Below, in pieces: positions 18,689 to 27,550 of a stretch of DNA of 32,000 nt; the first letter of the stretch is position 1, and each line of letters starts with the position of its first letter. The notes beneath the pieces are model-generated. The model was not told the origin of the DNA. It worked only from the letters and a program-made list of their open reading frames with translations, and searched no databases. Origin of the DNA: Halorhodospira halophila SL1. GTDB taxonomy: Bacteria > Pseudomonadota > Gammaproteobacteria > Nitrococcales > Halorhodospiraceae. The stretch lies in contig NC_008789.1 in assembly GCF_000015585.1 (NCBI RefSeq), forward strand, positions 1,440,001 through 1,472,000. The letters are read 5' to 3'. Both the position numbers and the translations under genes were made by a program.

Positions 18689-19353
18689 CCGTCTCCCTCC
18701 TCGGCCAGGGCGAGCAGGGCGTGCAGACAGGCCACCACCGGCGGCGTCCCGCCCTTGCGCCCGGCGGTGGCGATCCACGGCACCTGCTGCTGCGCCATGG
18801 CCTCCTCGCTGGACTCTGCGGCAGCGACAAACCCGACCGGCATGGCGATCAGCAATCGCGGCGCCACCACGCCACCGTGGATCCGCTCAAGGACTGCTCG
18901 CAGCGCCGTCGGGGCATTACCCACGGCTACGATGGCGCCATCGAGCCACCCCTGCTCGGCGGCCAGGGCAACCGCCTGCTCAGCTCGGGTGGTCCCCGCC
19001 TGCTGGGCCCGCTCCGCCGCCCGCGGGTCCGCCATCAGGCAGTGCGCCTCGATCCCGAAGTGCCCCAGCCGCGCGGCGGACAGACCGACACGGATCATCT
19101 CCACGTCGACGAAGACCGGCGCCCCGGCGCGGATGGCCTCCATCCCCGCGGTCACAGCACGGGGATGGAAGCGGGTCACGCCATTGAAGTCGAAATCCGC
19201 CGTGGCGTGGATCATGCGCCGGACCACCGCCCACTGCGCCGCGTCGTAGGCACTGCGATCCCCGGCCTCGGCGTCGACGCGGGCGAAGGAGCACGCCTCG
19301 ATCTGGCGCCCGGAGGCGGTCTGCTGCTCGGTCACGGACGGCTCGCGAGACAT
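18685..19353 (-). CDS. cbiC: Cobalt-precorrin-8 methylmutase
   Basis: The motifs VVRRMIHATADFDF....RFHP.AV.AG..AI..GAP.FVDVEM...G, VGNAPTAL and GGTPPV(V)A are characteristic of CbiC/CobH. Confidence 0.9.
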   Translation of the reverse strand: MSREPSVTEQQTASGRQIEACSFARVDAEAGDRSAYDAAQWAVVRRMIHATADFDFNGVTRFHPRAVTAGMEAIRAGAPVFVDVEMIRVGLSAARLGHFGIEAHCLMADPRAAERAQQAGTTRAEQAVALAAEQGWLDGAIVAVGNAPTALRAVLERIHGGVVAPRLLIAMPVGFVAAAESSEEAMAQQQVPWIATAGRKGGTPPVVACLHALLALAEEGDG

Positions 19354-19365
19354 CCTCGCACCTCT

Positions 19366-20190
19366 TCAGTGGTGGTGGTGATGGTGGTGGTGCGCGGCCG
19401 CCGCGCGGTGCGGGCAGCCGTCGCACTCGAGCATCGCCTGTCCCGCACGCGCCTCCTCCACCCGCTGGGCGATCAGTGCGAAGACCTCCGGTTCAAAACC
19501 GAGGTAATCCGCCAGGGCGAACGCCGTCTGCGGGTACTGAACCCGCAGACGCGCCACCTGCTGCTCAATACGCTCGATCAGCCGCCCGGTGAACAGGTAA
19601 TACGGCAGGACCACCTGCTGCGTCATGCCCAACAGGGAGTGACGCCGCACCACGGCCTCCAGGCGGGGGTGGGTGACGCCGGTGAAGGCGATATCGACCA
19701 GTTCGTGCTCGCCGCCCTCGTAGAGCCAGCGGCCCAGCCGCGCCAACTCCCCGTTGGCCGTACGATCCGAGGATCCGCGACCCAGCAGGATCACCCCGGT
19801 GGTCCGCGGATCGGGCACACTCAGGGCCTGCATGGCGTCACGCAGGCGGCGCTCGACCAGGCCCAGCGTCGTTTCACTCACGCCCAGATGGCGCGCCAGA
19901 CGGAAATCGACCCCCGGGTGCCGGGCACGGGCAGCCTCGATCTGCTCGGGCACCTCGAGCTTCACGTGCCCGGCGGCGTTAAGGATCAGTGGGACCGCGA
20001 TGACCCGATCCGCCCGCGCCGCGGCCCGATCCAGCCCCTCGCCAAGCAGCGGATCCGCGAACTCGATGAAACAGGTCTCCAGCAGCCAATCCGGGTAGTG
20101 CTCGGCCAGCAGGTCGGCGAACCGGCGGATCTCCTCGTTGCCGTCCTCCTGGCGCGAGCCATGCCCAATCAACAGGATACAGTCAGTCAT
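19366..20190 (-). CDS. cbiX: Sirohydrochlorin cobaltochelatase, long form (CbiX-L) with Cys motif and His8 tail
   Basis: Duplicated CbiX fold: ILLIGHGSR....NEE...FA and ILLGRGSSD..ANGE. The C-terminus MLECDGCPHRAAAAHHHHHHHH resembles the MxCxxC + poly-His tail known from Bacillus megaterium CbiX. Confidence 0.85.
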   Translation of the reverse strand: MTDCILLIGHGSRQEDGNEEIRRFADLLAEHYPDWLLETCFIEFADPLLGEGLDRAAARADRVIAVPLILNAAGHVKLEVPEQIEAARARHPGVDFRLARHLGVSETTLGLVERRLRDAMQALSVPDPRTTGVILLGRGSSDRTANGELARLGRWLYEGGEHELVDIAFTGVTHPRLEAVVRRHSLLGMTQQVVLPYYLFTGRLIERIEQQVARLRVQYPQTAFALADYLGFEPEVFALIAQRVEEARAGQAMLECDGCPHRAAAAHHHHHHHH

Positions 20191-20202
20191 GCATGTCGTT
20201 CC

Positions 20203-20982
20203 TCAATTTTCGCGGCGGCGGAAACGGTGGCCGAAACCGGGGTCGTAAAGCCGTGAGCGCGCCGCCGGTGCCGCCTCCCGCGCCCCGAGCGTCGGACCGA
20301 CCAGGATCATGGTCTGGCTGTTGAGCCCCGCCGCGCGGCAGTCCGCGGCCAGGTCGCGGATGCAGGTACGCAGGACCTGTTCGACCCCGGGCCAGGAGGC
20401 GCGGTGGACCACCACCACCGGGGCGTCGTCGTCCCAGCCGCCACCGCGCAGGGCATCGGCCAGGCGTTCCAGGAGGGTGATCGACAGGTAGACACACAGG
20501 GTGCTGCCGTGCCGCGCCAGATCGGCAAGCTGTTCCCCCGCCGGCATCGGGGTGCGCCCCTCCACCCGGGTGAAGATCACCGTCTGCGTGCCCTCCGGCA
20601 GGGTCAGGCTCTCGCCGGCCGCCGCCGCCGCGGCCATGGCCGACGTGACCCCGGGAACCAGATGGACTGGGATCCCCGCGGCGTCCAGCGGGCGCACGAT
20701 CTCCACGAAGGCCCCGTATAGCCCCGGATCACCGGGTTGAAGGCGGACCACACAGCCCCCGGCGCGGGCGCGCTCGAGCAGCCAGTCCTGGATCTGTTCC
20801 AAGGTCATCCCTTTGGAGTCGGCGACCTCGCAGTGCGCCGGCGCCCAGTCGAGCACCTCGGCCGGCACCAGCGAACCGGCGTAGAGCACGGCGTCCGCCG
20901 CAGCCACCCGATCCCGCCCGCGAACCGTGATTAGATCGGCCGCCCCGGGACCGGCCCCCACAAACCAGACCTCCCCCTTCAT
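20203..20982 (-). CDS. cbiF: Cobalt-precorrin-4 C11-methyltransferase
   Basis: ATG at 20982 overlaps the ABC ATPase stop (ATGA). VWFVGAGPGAADLITVRG......ADAVLYAGSLVP, RLQPGDPGLYGA and VPGVTS fit CbiF/CobM. The tracked 338-aa version has a spurious Arg/Gly-rich extension. Confidence 0.9.
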   Translation of the reverse strand: MKGEVWFVGAGPGAADLITVRGRDRVAAADAVLYAGSLVPAEVLDWAPAHCEVADSKGMTLEQIQDWLLERARAGGCVVRLQPGDPGLYGAFVEIVRPLDAAGIPVHLVPGVTSAMAAAAAAGESLTLPEGTQTVIFTRVEGRTPMPAGEQLADLARHGSTLCVYLSITLLERLADALRGGGWDDDAPVVVVHRASWPGVEQVLRTCIRDLAADCRAAGLNSQTMILVGPTLGAREAAPAARSRLYDPGFGHRFRRREN

Positions 20983-21767
20983 CCGCGTCCCCTCTCTTGC
21001 AACTGGTAACCGGCCACAAACGGTGCCCGCTGATGCTCGACGACGTGAACGTCCACGTCGTAGGCGGCACGCAGAGTCGGCGTGTCGATGACGGCCTGCG
21101 GCGGGCCGTCGGCCATCACCCGGCCGTCGCGCAGGAGCACGATGCGGTCGGCCAGCTGTACGGCGATGTTGATATCGTGGAGCACCACCAGCACCCCCTG
21201 CCCCTGCTCCCGCGCACACTCGGTGAGGATCTCGATGGCGTCGCGCTTGTGCTTCATGTCCAGGTGGTTGGTCGGCTCATCGAGGAGCAGGAAGGGGGTC
21301 TGGCGAACCAGAGCCCGGGCGATGGCCGCCTTCTGCCGCTGCCCGCCGCTGATCTCGGTCAGCGGTGACTGGGCCAGGTCGGCCATGCCCAGACGCTGGA
21401 GCACCGCCTCGGCACGGGCAAGATCGGCCGGGTCGTGACGCCAACTCGCCCGGCGCAGGCCAAGCAACACGCTCTCAAGTACGGTCAGCGGGTAGACGGC
21501 ATCGGTGGTCTGCGCGACGTAGGAGAGCGAGCGGGCGATGCGGGCCTGGCGCTGCCCCTTCACGGGCTCACCGGCGATGGTGATGTGCCCGTGGCGCGGC
21601 CGCAGGATGCCGGTGATGCACTTGAGCAGGGTGCTCTTGCCGGAGCCGTTGGGCCCGATCAGGGCCACCACCTCGCCGGCGGCTACGCGGGTATCCACGC
21701 CCTGCAAGACCTCGCTGCGCCGATAGGCGTAGCGAACACCTCGTAGTTCGATGGCCGGACGGGTCAC
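20979..21767 (-). CDS. ABC importer ATP-binding protein (FepC/BtuD family)
   Basis: Walker A GPNGSGKSTLL, signature ISGGQRQKAAIARAL, Walker B LLLDEPTNHLD and H-loop VLHDIN. The GTG start at 21767 overlaps the permease stop (GTGA). Confidence 0.9.
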   Translation of the reverse strand: MTRPAIELRGVRYAYRRSEVLQGVDTRVAAGEVVALIGPNGSGKSTLLKCITGILRPRHGHITIAGEPVKGQRQARIARSLSYVAQTTDAVYPLTVLESVLLGLRRASWRHDPADLARAEAVLQRLGMADLAQSPLTEISGGQRQKAAIARALVRQTPFLLLDEPTNHLDMKHKRDAIEILTECAREQGQGVLVVLHDINIAVQLADRIVLLRDGRVMADGPPQAVIDTPTLRAAYDVDVHVVEHQRAPFVAGYQLQERGRG

Positions 21768-22855
21768 GGTCCCGACCCTCCTTCGCGGCGACGCAGGATC
21801 AGGTAGATGAACAGCGGCGAGCCGATGAAGGCCGTCACCACACCCACCGGCAGCACCACCGAAGCGAAGGCGTGCAACGACACCAAGTCGGCCAGGGCCA
21901 GCAGCAGTGCGCCGATCAGCGCTGCAGCCGGGATCAGGAAACGGTGATCCGAACCGATCAGGAGCCGGGCCAGATGGGGCGCCACCAGCCCCAGGAAGCC
22001 GATCCCACCGGTGAAGGCGACGGTCACCGCCACGAGAAGCGCCACCAGGAACATCAGTCCGATGCGCAGGCGCCCGACGGCAATCCCCAGGCTAGTGGCG
22101 GTTTCATCACCGAGCAGTAGTCGGTTCAGGTCGCCACTCTTCCACAGGAAGACCGGCAGCGTGACCGTCAACGCCACCGTGATGAACACGAAGCTCTCCC
22201 AGTCGGCACGGCTGAGGCTGCCCACGCTCCAGAACATGACCTCCCGGGTGGCATCGGCGTCGGCGAAGTAGATCAGCAGCGTCGTGGTGGCCCCGAAGAA
22301 GTACATCAGGGCGATCCCCGCGAGGATCAGGCTCATCGGCGTCGCCCCCTTCCACTGCCCGATGAGCAGGATGAGCAGCGACACCGCCATCGCAAAGAGG
22401 AAGGCATTGCCGACGATGCCGTAGACGCCGAAGGCCGAGAACCCGAAGATGATCGCCAGCGCCGCCCCCAGCGAGGCGCCGGAGGCGATCCCCAGGGTGA
22501 ACGGTGAGGCCATCGGATTGCGCAGCAGGCTCTGCAGGATCACCCCACCGAGCGCCAGCCCCATGCCGGCCACGACGGCGGTGGCCAGGCGCGGCAGGCG
22601 GATGTTCCAGACCACGTTCTCGGTCTGCGCGCTGACCCACGACGCCCCCAGCGGCCGACCCAGCACCGCCTGCACCACCTCGCTCAGCGGGATCCCCATG
22701 GGGCCGAGTCCCAGGCCAAGAACGAACGTCGCCACCAGGGCCGCAGCCAGGCCCAAAAGGATCAGGGTCTTCCACCAGATCGCCCGCGCGTAATCATCGA
22801 GCAGCCCGCCGGGAGGCGCTGGCCGGGAGGCGCTATCGGCGGTCAACTCAGTCAT
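21764..22855 (-). CDS. FecCD/BtuC-family ABC importer permease
   Basis: ATG at 22855 (MTELTADS...) overlaps the 3' end of the binding-protein gene by 8 nt. About 9-10 hydrophobic helices, with RLPR...AG..LA..G...Q...RNP.A.P...G and a C-terminal PVGVVTA.IG.P.F..L typical of FecCD. Confidence 0.85.
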   Translation of the reverse strand: MTELTADSASRPAPPGGLLDDYARAIWWKTLILLGLAAALVATFVLGLGLGPMGIPLSEVVQAVLGRPLGASWVSAQTENVVWNIRLPRLATAVVAGMGLALGGVILQSLLRNPMASPFTLGIASGASLGAALAIIFGFSAFGVYGIVGNAFLFAMAVSLLILLIGQWKGATPMSLILAGIALMYFFGATTTLLIYFADADATREVMFWSVGSLSRADWESFVFITVALTVTLPVFLWKSGDLNRLLLGDETATSLGIAVGRLRIGLMFLVALLVAVTVAFTGGIGFLGLVAPHLARLLIGSDHRFLIPAAALIGALLLALADLVSLHAFASVVLPVGVVTAFIGSPLFIYLILRRREGGSGP

Positions 22856-23963
22856 CGTCCAGGCTGCTGAGCTCCTGGAGCCGATCGTACAGCCCGGGGT
22901 CGCCGTAGAAGACCTCCAGGATCTCCTCACCGCGATCCCGGAGATCGACGTCGGCCATAGCCTCCGGGTAGAGCACCCGGGCCATGTGCACCAGGTCGAT
23001 CAGCCCGGTGGCCAGATCCCACCCCATGTAGGTGCCCTTGAAGCGGTGGATGCGTTCCGCCTCGACGGCCTTTACCCCGGAGAGCCGTTCATCATCCAGG
23101 ACCTCGTCACGGGCGACGCGGCTGGCCCGGGACGGGGTGTGGAGGAAGATGTGCGCCGGATCCCAGCTCACCAGCTCCTCGGCGCTGACCTCGCCGTCAC
23201 CACCGGGCCGACCAGCGGTCACCAGCTCGGCACCCAGCTGCTCGACGGGAAAGTAGAAGGAGACGTGGTTGTAGAGGTTGCGCCGGTGGGCCAGGTAGAT
23301 CCGTGGCGGTTCCTCGTCGGCGACCTGCTCCTGCACCTCGGAGACCGTCGCATCGTAGAAATCGAGCAGTTCTTCCGCCCGCTCTTCGCGACCGGTCACG
23401 GTGCCGAGCAGCCGATAGGCCTGCTCGATCTGCGCCTCAATGGCCTCCTCGGAGGCCCGCTCGCGGCCCAGGGTATTCACCGCGACCACGGGGACGCCGA
23501 GCTGCTGCTGGTAGCGCTCGGCCTGCTCGGCCATCGCCTCGTCGTCGTCGCCGCGGCTGAAGGCCCAGTAGATGAACAGATCCGGATCGGTGGCGAGCAC
23601 CCGCTCGGCGCTGAACTCCGACCCGGGCTGGCCGCCGCCGACCATGGCCACCTCGTCCAGGCGACCGAAGGCGCGGACTTCGATCGGCTTGGCCTCGGAA
23701 AAGCGCGAGCCGAACATGTCGCTGGGGATTCCGACCAGGCGATCCTCGACACCCAGGTGCAGCGCCATGCGGAAGGCATCGACATTGACCGTGGCGATCC
23801 GCTCCGCCGCCTCCGGAACTTCCACGCTGCGGCCGAGCATATCCTCGACCTCATGGGTATCCTGCGCGGGCCCATCGCGGCTTTCGTCGTTGGGGGTATC
23901 TCCGCACCCGCCGAGGATCAAACCGATCCCCGCGACGAGCGCGATGCACGGATGACGCTGCAT
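22848..23963 (-). CDS. Periplasmic substrate-binding lipoprotein of the iron-complex/cobalamin ABC importer class
   Basis: ATG at 23963 is preceded by GGAGGAG. Lipoprotein signal MQRHPCIALVAGIGLILGGCGD. It is the first gene after the cobalamin riboswitch and directly precedes the FecCD permease. Its body resembles class III binding proteins (PDLFIYW..., VVAVN). The ligand is inferred only from context. Confidence 0.78.
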   Translation of the reverse strand: MQRHPCIALVAGIGLILGGCGDTPNDESRDGPAQDTHEVEDMLGRSVEVPEAAERIATVNVDAFRMALHLGVEDRLVGIPSDMFGSRFSEAKPIEVRAFGRLDEVAMVGGGQPGSEFSAERVLATDPDLFIYWAFSRGDDDEAMAEQAERYQQQLGVPVVAVNTLGRERASEEAIEAQIEQAYRLLGTVTGREERAEELLDFYDATVSEVQEQVADEEPPRIYLAHRRNLYNHVSFYFPVEQLGAELVTAGRPGGDGEVSAEELVSWDPAHIFLHTPSRASRVARDEVLDDERLSGVKAVEAERIHRFKGTYMGWDLATGLIDLVHMARVLYPEAMADVDLRDRGEEILEVFYGDPGLYDRLQELSSLDDD

Positions 23964-24084
23964 GGCTCCTCCAGTCACTGGATCCGGGTACGCCATGCGG
24001 GGGGGCGGGTCGGAAACGGGCGCGCCGGGGCGCGGATGCAACGACCGTCACCGCCACGCACGGTTCCCCGCCGTGTGGCTGCGG

Positions 24085-24290
24085 CCCCCAGGCCGGTCTC
24101 CGGGCTTGCGAGCGGGGCCCCAGCCCCAAGCGCCGCGCCTTCCCGCACCGGGTGCCGGGGACACCGTGGATGCAGTGGCGATGCAGCGCCCGCACTCGCC
24201 TACCGTTGCGGGGACAGCGCCGGACTTGCCTGCGCCCGCGCAGGGCACAGTGCGCACCGACTTCCCGACCGTCCGCGGTGGCGCCGCACG
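24085..24290 (-). promoter_or_regulatory. Cobalamin (B12) riboswitch
   Basis: Read on the minus strand: GGTCGGGAAGTCGGTGCGCA (24251-24270), TCCCCGCAACGGTAGG (24199-24214), GCCACTG (24173-24179) and GGGAAGGCG (about 24135-24144). The B12 box AAGCCCGGAGACCGGCC (24091-24107) matches the consensus AGYCMGGAGACCKGCC. It lies in the 5' leader of the uptake/cbi gene string, about 127 nt before the ATG at 23963. Confidence 0.88.
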
Positions 24291-24353
24291 GGCCTTACAC
24301 CGAACGGACGGCCCCGGCATGGATCCAACTGCCGGGTCACCTGGGGAGGCTGG

Positions 24354-24383
24354 ACTCTACGGGCGGGCGCTGCCGCCTGTCAA
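24354..24383 (-). promoter_or_regulatory. Sigma70-type promoter candidate driving the riboswitch and cbi string
   Basis: The minus strand reads TTGACA (24378-24383), an 18-nt spacer, then TAGAGT (24354-24359). This is about 55-60 nt upstream of the riboswitch core. Sequence match only. Confidence 0.45.
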
Positions 24384-24498
24384 CGCGGCGGGGCGACGAG
24401 GTCAATAGCCACGGACCGCCCCCTTGTGGCAGGATTCCCAAGTGCGCGTTAAGGGTATGGACGCCCGCGACCCCTCCCGACCCCCCGCCGGAGATGTC

Positions 24499-25674
24499 AT
24501 GGGCAAAGAGGCACACCTTCCGTCCTTCTGTGGCGATGCCACCGAAACCGGGGCACTCGATGTCCTGCCGCTCAGCGACCAGGAGCCGCACCTACGGCTC
24601 AGCGAACGCTTCGAACGACTGCGCGCCCATATCAACCAGGCGCTGCCCCACGGTGCGGTCCACCGCATCGCCGTGGCCATTTACGAGCCGGACGCCGATC
24701 GGCTCAAGACCTACGGCGCCGGCGGCGATGCACCCAGCCCGTTGGATCGTTACGAGACCAACCTGGCCGATACCCCCACCCTGCGTGCCCTCGCCGAGGC
24801 ACCGGGCGTACGGATCATCGACGATTACCAGGACCACCCCAGCCCCCGCCGCCATACCGCCAGCATCCGCGAGAGCGGTCTACGTTCCGGGATGATCCTG
24901 CCGCTGCACCACGAGCAGACCTTCGTCGGCTTCCTGTTCCTCAACTCCCGCCAGCCCGGCTATTTCCAGGGCCCGATCGTCAAGCAGCTAGCGCCGTACA
25001 TCGACCTGGGTCGCCTGCTGGCAATCACCTCCATCCGCACTACGCAGACCCTCCGGGGTGCGGCACGCACGGCCATGGCTTTCGGGCGCGCGCGGGACGA
25101 CGAGACCGGGGGACACCTGTCACGAATGGCGGAGTACAGCCGCCTCATCGCCCTGGAACTGGCCCAGACCCACCCCCTCAGCGACGAATACATCGAGATG
25201 GTCTACCAGTTCGCGCCGGTCCACGACGTGGGCAAGATCGCCGTCCCGGACGGCATCCTCCTTAAGCCGGGGCGACTCGCCGAGGAGGAGTTCGCGCAGA
25301 TGCGCGAACACGTCAGCCGCGGCGTGGCCATGGTGCTGGCCATGACCGAGGAGCTGGGCCTCAGCGAGGACCGACGCGCGGCCATCATGCGTAATATCGT
25401 CGCCTACCACCACGAGCGCCTGGACGGCAGCGGTTACCCGACCGGTGCGCGCGGCGACCAGATCCCTCTGGAGGGGCGCATCGTCGCCGTAGCCGACGTC
25501 TTCGACGCCCTGACCAGCGAACGCCCCTACAAGCGCCCCTGGGGGTTTACCGAGGCCGCCGACACCCTGCACGCCGAAGCGGCGGCCGGGAAGCTGTGCG
25601 CCGAGTGCGTGGCGGCCTTTCTGCGCCGAAGCGTCGAGATCGAAGCGATCCGCGGCCGTCACGGGGTCCGCTGA
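24499..25674 (+). CDS. HD-GYP domain c-di-GMP phosphodiesterase with an N-terminal GAF-like sensor domain
   Basis: HD-GYP hallmarks are intact: GGHLSRMAEYS, PVHDVGKIAVPD, EHV..G, YHHERLDGSGYPTG and VADVFDALTSERPYKRPW. The start is uncertain. I prefer ATG 24499 (GGAGA 4 nt upstream); alternatives are ATG 24457 and TTG 24424. Confidence 0.85.
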   Translation: MGKEAHLPSFCGDATETGALDVLPLSDQEPHLRLSERFERLRAHINQALPHGAVHRIAVAIYEPDADRLKTYGAGGDAPSPLDRYETNLADTPTLRALAEAPGVRIIDDYQDHPSPRRHTASIRESGLRSGMILPLHHEQTFVGFLFLNSRQPGYFQGPIVKQLAPYIDLGRLLAITSIRTTQTLRGAARTAMAFGRARDDETGGHLSRMAEYSRLIALELAQTHPLSDEYIEMVYQFAPVHDVGKIAVPDGILLKPGRLAEEEFAQMREHVSRGVAMVLAMTEELGLSEDRRAAIMRNIVAYHHERLDGSGYPTGARGDQIPLEGRIVAVADVFDALTSERPYKRPWGFTEAADTLHAEAAAGKLCAECVAAFLRRSVEIEAIRGRHGVR

Positions 25675-25675
25675 G

Positions 25676-26239
25676 CTAGCTGCGCGCCTCGACGCGGCCG
25701 CAGTAGGCCTGCGGGATCCGGTAGACGTAGACCGGGGCGTCCAACCGCACCGGGGGCTGGTAGATCGCGCTGGGCCGCCAACCGGGTATGCGGAAGGTGT
25801 TGCTGACCACCAGCGCACCGGGCGGCAACTCCGCCCGCCATCGCGGCTCCAGCTCGCGGATGGCCTCCAGGTGCAGGTAACAGACCACCGCGGCGGCATC
25901 GCTGCAGGAGACGCGGCGCAGATCGCGGCGCCTGAATTCGACGTTGGGCACCGGCCACAGCCACTGCAGCACGCAGGCGAAGAGCCACGGCAGGGGCGAG
26001 AGCTCGTAGCCAATGACCCTGGCCCGCGGGCACCTGCGCCCGACGCTGCGGGCCAGGCCACCCCACCCCGAACCGGCCTCGACCACCGTGCCCTCCAGCT
26101 CCGCCGGCAGCGCCGCCCGAACCAGCTCATGACCCAAGCGACTGGAGGGCAGCGGCGAGATGCCGGTGACCATCGTATAGCCGACGATCAGCAGCATCCC
26201 CCCCAGCGTAACGACGAAGATCAACGCTTCCAGGAACAC
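25676..26239 (-). CDS. Small membrane-anchored class I SAM-dependent methyltransferase (187 aa)
   Basis: GTG at 26239 with GGAGG 4 nt upstream. N-terminal TM helix FLEALIFVVTLGGMLLIVGY; motif I VVEAGSGWGGL; a later acidic/aromatic strand pattern (VIGYELSP, VVCYL). Its stop is 1 nt from the convergent HD-GYP stop. Confidence 0.7.
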   Translation of the reverse strand: MFLEALIFVVTLGGMLLIVGYTMVTGISPLPSSRLGHELVRAALPAELEGTVVEAGSGWGGLARSVGRRCPRARVIGYELSPLPWLFACVLQWLWPVPNVEFRRRDLRRVSCSDAAAVVCYLHLEAIRELEPRWRAELPPGALVVSNTFRIPGWRPSAIYQPPVRLDAPVYVYRIPQAYCGRVEARS

Positions 26240-26349
26240 TGCACCTCCACGCAGCCTCGGACGACTCGGCGAGTATCACCCCTTGAACGCCGGAGTATAC
26301 CCGCGTATTCCTTGATAGAATGCCTCGACACGGTAGCGAGTCAGAGACC

Positions 26350-27519
26350 ATGAATCAGCGGGCCATCCCCACCAAGCGCGCCACCGTGCAGCCGAACGAC
26401 CTGGTGGTCGGTAAGCCCGTCCCCTATGATATTGAGGACGCCTACGGCCATCTGCTGTTGCGGCGCGGATCGATCCTGCGCTCCCGAGAGCAGCTGGAGC
26501 GGCTGCTGCAGATCGGCCGGACCCCCTACCACGTCGCTGCCGGACGCGAGGACACCGGCGGGATCTCGAGGCGTCGCGAGCTGGCCCTGGCCGCCTTCCG
26601 CAACCCCTTCGACCTGATCTATCAGATCTCCCGAGCGCTGCAAGAGACCTTCAAATGGGTCGGCGAGGACAACGAGCGCTTCCTCCGCCGCCTCGACCAC
26701 CTGGCCAGCCGCATCGGCGACCTGGTCGAGCGCGACGCCGATGCCGCCATCGGTGCCGCTCACCTCGATGAGGCGTTTGCCTACTCCATCCGCCACCCGA
26801 TCCGCCAGGCGGTCCTCTGCGACGTCGTCGGCAGCCAGCTGGGCATCCCGGACAGCGAGCGACGCTCCATCGTCCTCGCTGCCCTGTCGGCGAACATCGG
26901 CATGCTCGAGACCCAGGATCGCCTGGCCCAGCAGACTACGCCGCTCGACGCCAACCAGCGCAGGGATCTGGAAGAGCATCCGATACGTTCGGTCGAACGC
27001 CTCTCCGCCGCCGGGGTCGAGGATACAACCTGGATCCAGGTCGTCGCCCAACACCACGAACGCCTCGACGGCAGCGGCTACCCCAACGGCCTGCGCAAAG
27101 ATCAAATCTGCCGGGGAGCGCGACTGCTCTCCCTCGCCGACACCTACCTGGCGATGATCAGCAACCGTGTCTACCGACCCGCCACCGCGGTCCGGGAAGC
27201 CCTGCTGGAACTGATGGATCAGAGTGGAGAGATCTACGACCGGGATATCCTCTCGGGGCTGATCCAGACCATCGGCATCTACCCGGCCGGCAGTTTTGTC
27301 GCCTTGGACAGCGGCGAACGCGGGGTCGTCATCCACCGCGGCCATCGCGGGGCCAATCCGGTGGTGGCGGTCCTGATCAAGGCCAACGGCCAGCCCACGG
27401 CGCGCCCCCTTTACCGGGACACCAGCCAGACGGACATGCCCAGCGTCGCCTCTCTGGAGCCCACGCACCAGCTGACGCAGCGCTTCCAGCTCGCCTCGCT
27501 GTGGGGCTACGATTCCTAG
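26350..27519 (+). CDS. HD-GYP-family protein with a degenerate HD dyad and a DUF3391-like N-terminus (likely non-catalytic)
   Basis: QHHERLDGSGYPNGL and LADTYLAMISNRVYRPA are conserved. At the position of the LHDIGK motif the sequence reads LSANIGM (Ala-Asn at 26890-26895). The N-terminus VQPNDLVVGKPVPYDIEDAYGHLLLRRGSIL fits the DUF3391 pattern. I prefer ATG 26350 because a TAGAAT -10-like box (26316-26321) overlaps the alternative ATG at 26320. Confidence 0.8.
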   Translation: MNQRAIPTKRATVQPNDLVVGKPVPYDIEDAYGHLLLRRGSILRSREQLERLLQIGRTPYHVAAGREDTGGISRRRELALAAFRNPFDLIYQISRALQETFKWVGEDNERFLRRLDHLASRIGDLVERDADAAIGAAHLDEAFAYSIRHPIRQAVLCDVVGSQLGIPDSERRSIVLAALSANIGMLETQDRLAQQTTPLDANQRRDLEEHPIRSVERLSAAGVEDTTWIQVVAQHHERLDGSGYPNGLRKDQICRGARLLSLADTYLAMISNRVYRPATAVREALLELMDQSGEIYDRDILSGLIQTIGIYPAGSFVALDSGERGVVIHRGHRGANPVVAVLIKANGQPTARPLYRDTSQTDMPSVASLEPTHQLTQRFQLASLWGYDS

Positions 27520-27550
27520 GCTGCCCTGACGCTGCCGCGACGGAGACCGA

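Noticed and set aside
19369-19392. His8-encoding run considered as a possible cloning-vector His-tag contamination.
   Set aside because: It is the native C-terminus of a CbiX-L protein inside an intact operon. It uses mixed CAC/CAT codons, follows the Cys motif known for this family, and has no vector-like flanks.
24017-24036. Small GC hairpin (CGCGC-CCCG-GCGCG followed by CCCGTTTCC on the minus strand) in the riboswitch expression platform, considered as an intrinsic terminator.
   Set aside because: The stem is only 5 bp and the T-run only 3 nt. I cannot distinguish transcriptional from translational control by eye, so I left it unannotated.
23962-24408. ORFs of 90-148 aa on both strands covering 23851-24408.
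   Set aside because: The region carries every conserved element of a cobalamin riboswitch plus a promoter. The ORF translations are Arg/Pro/Gly-rich with no start context.
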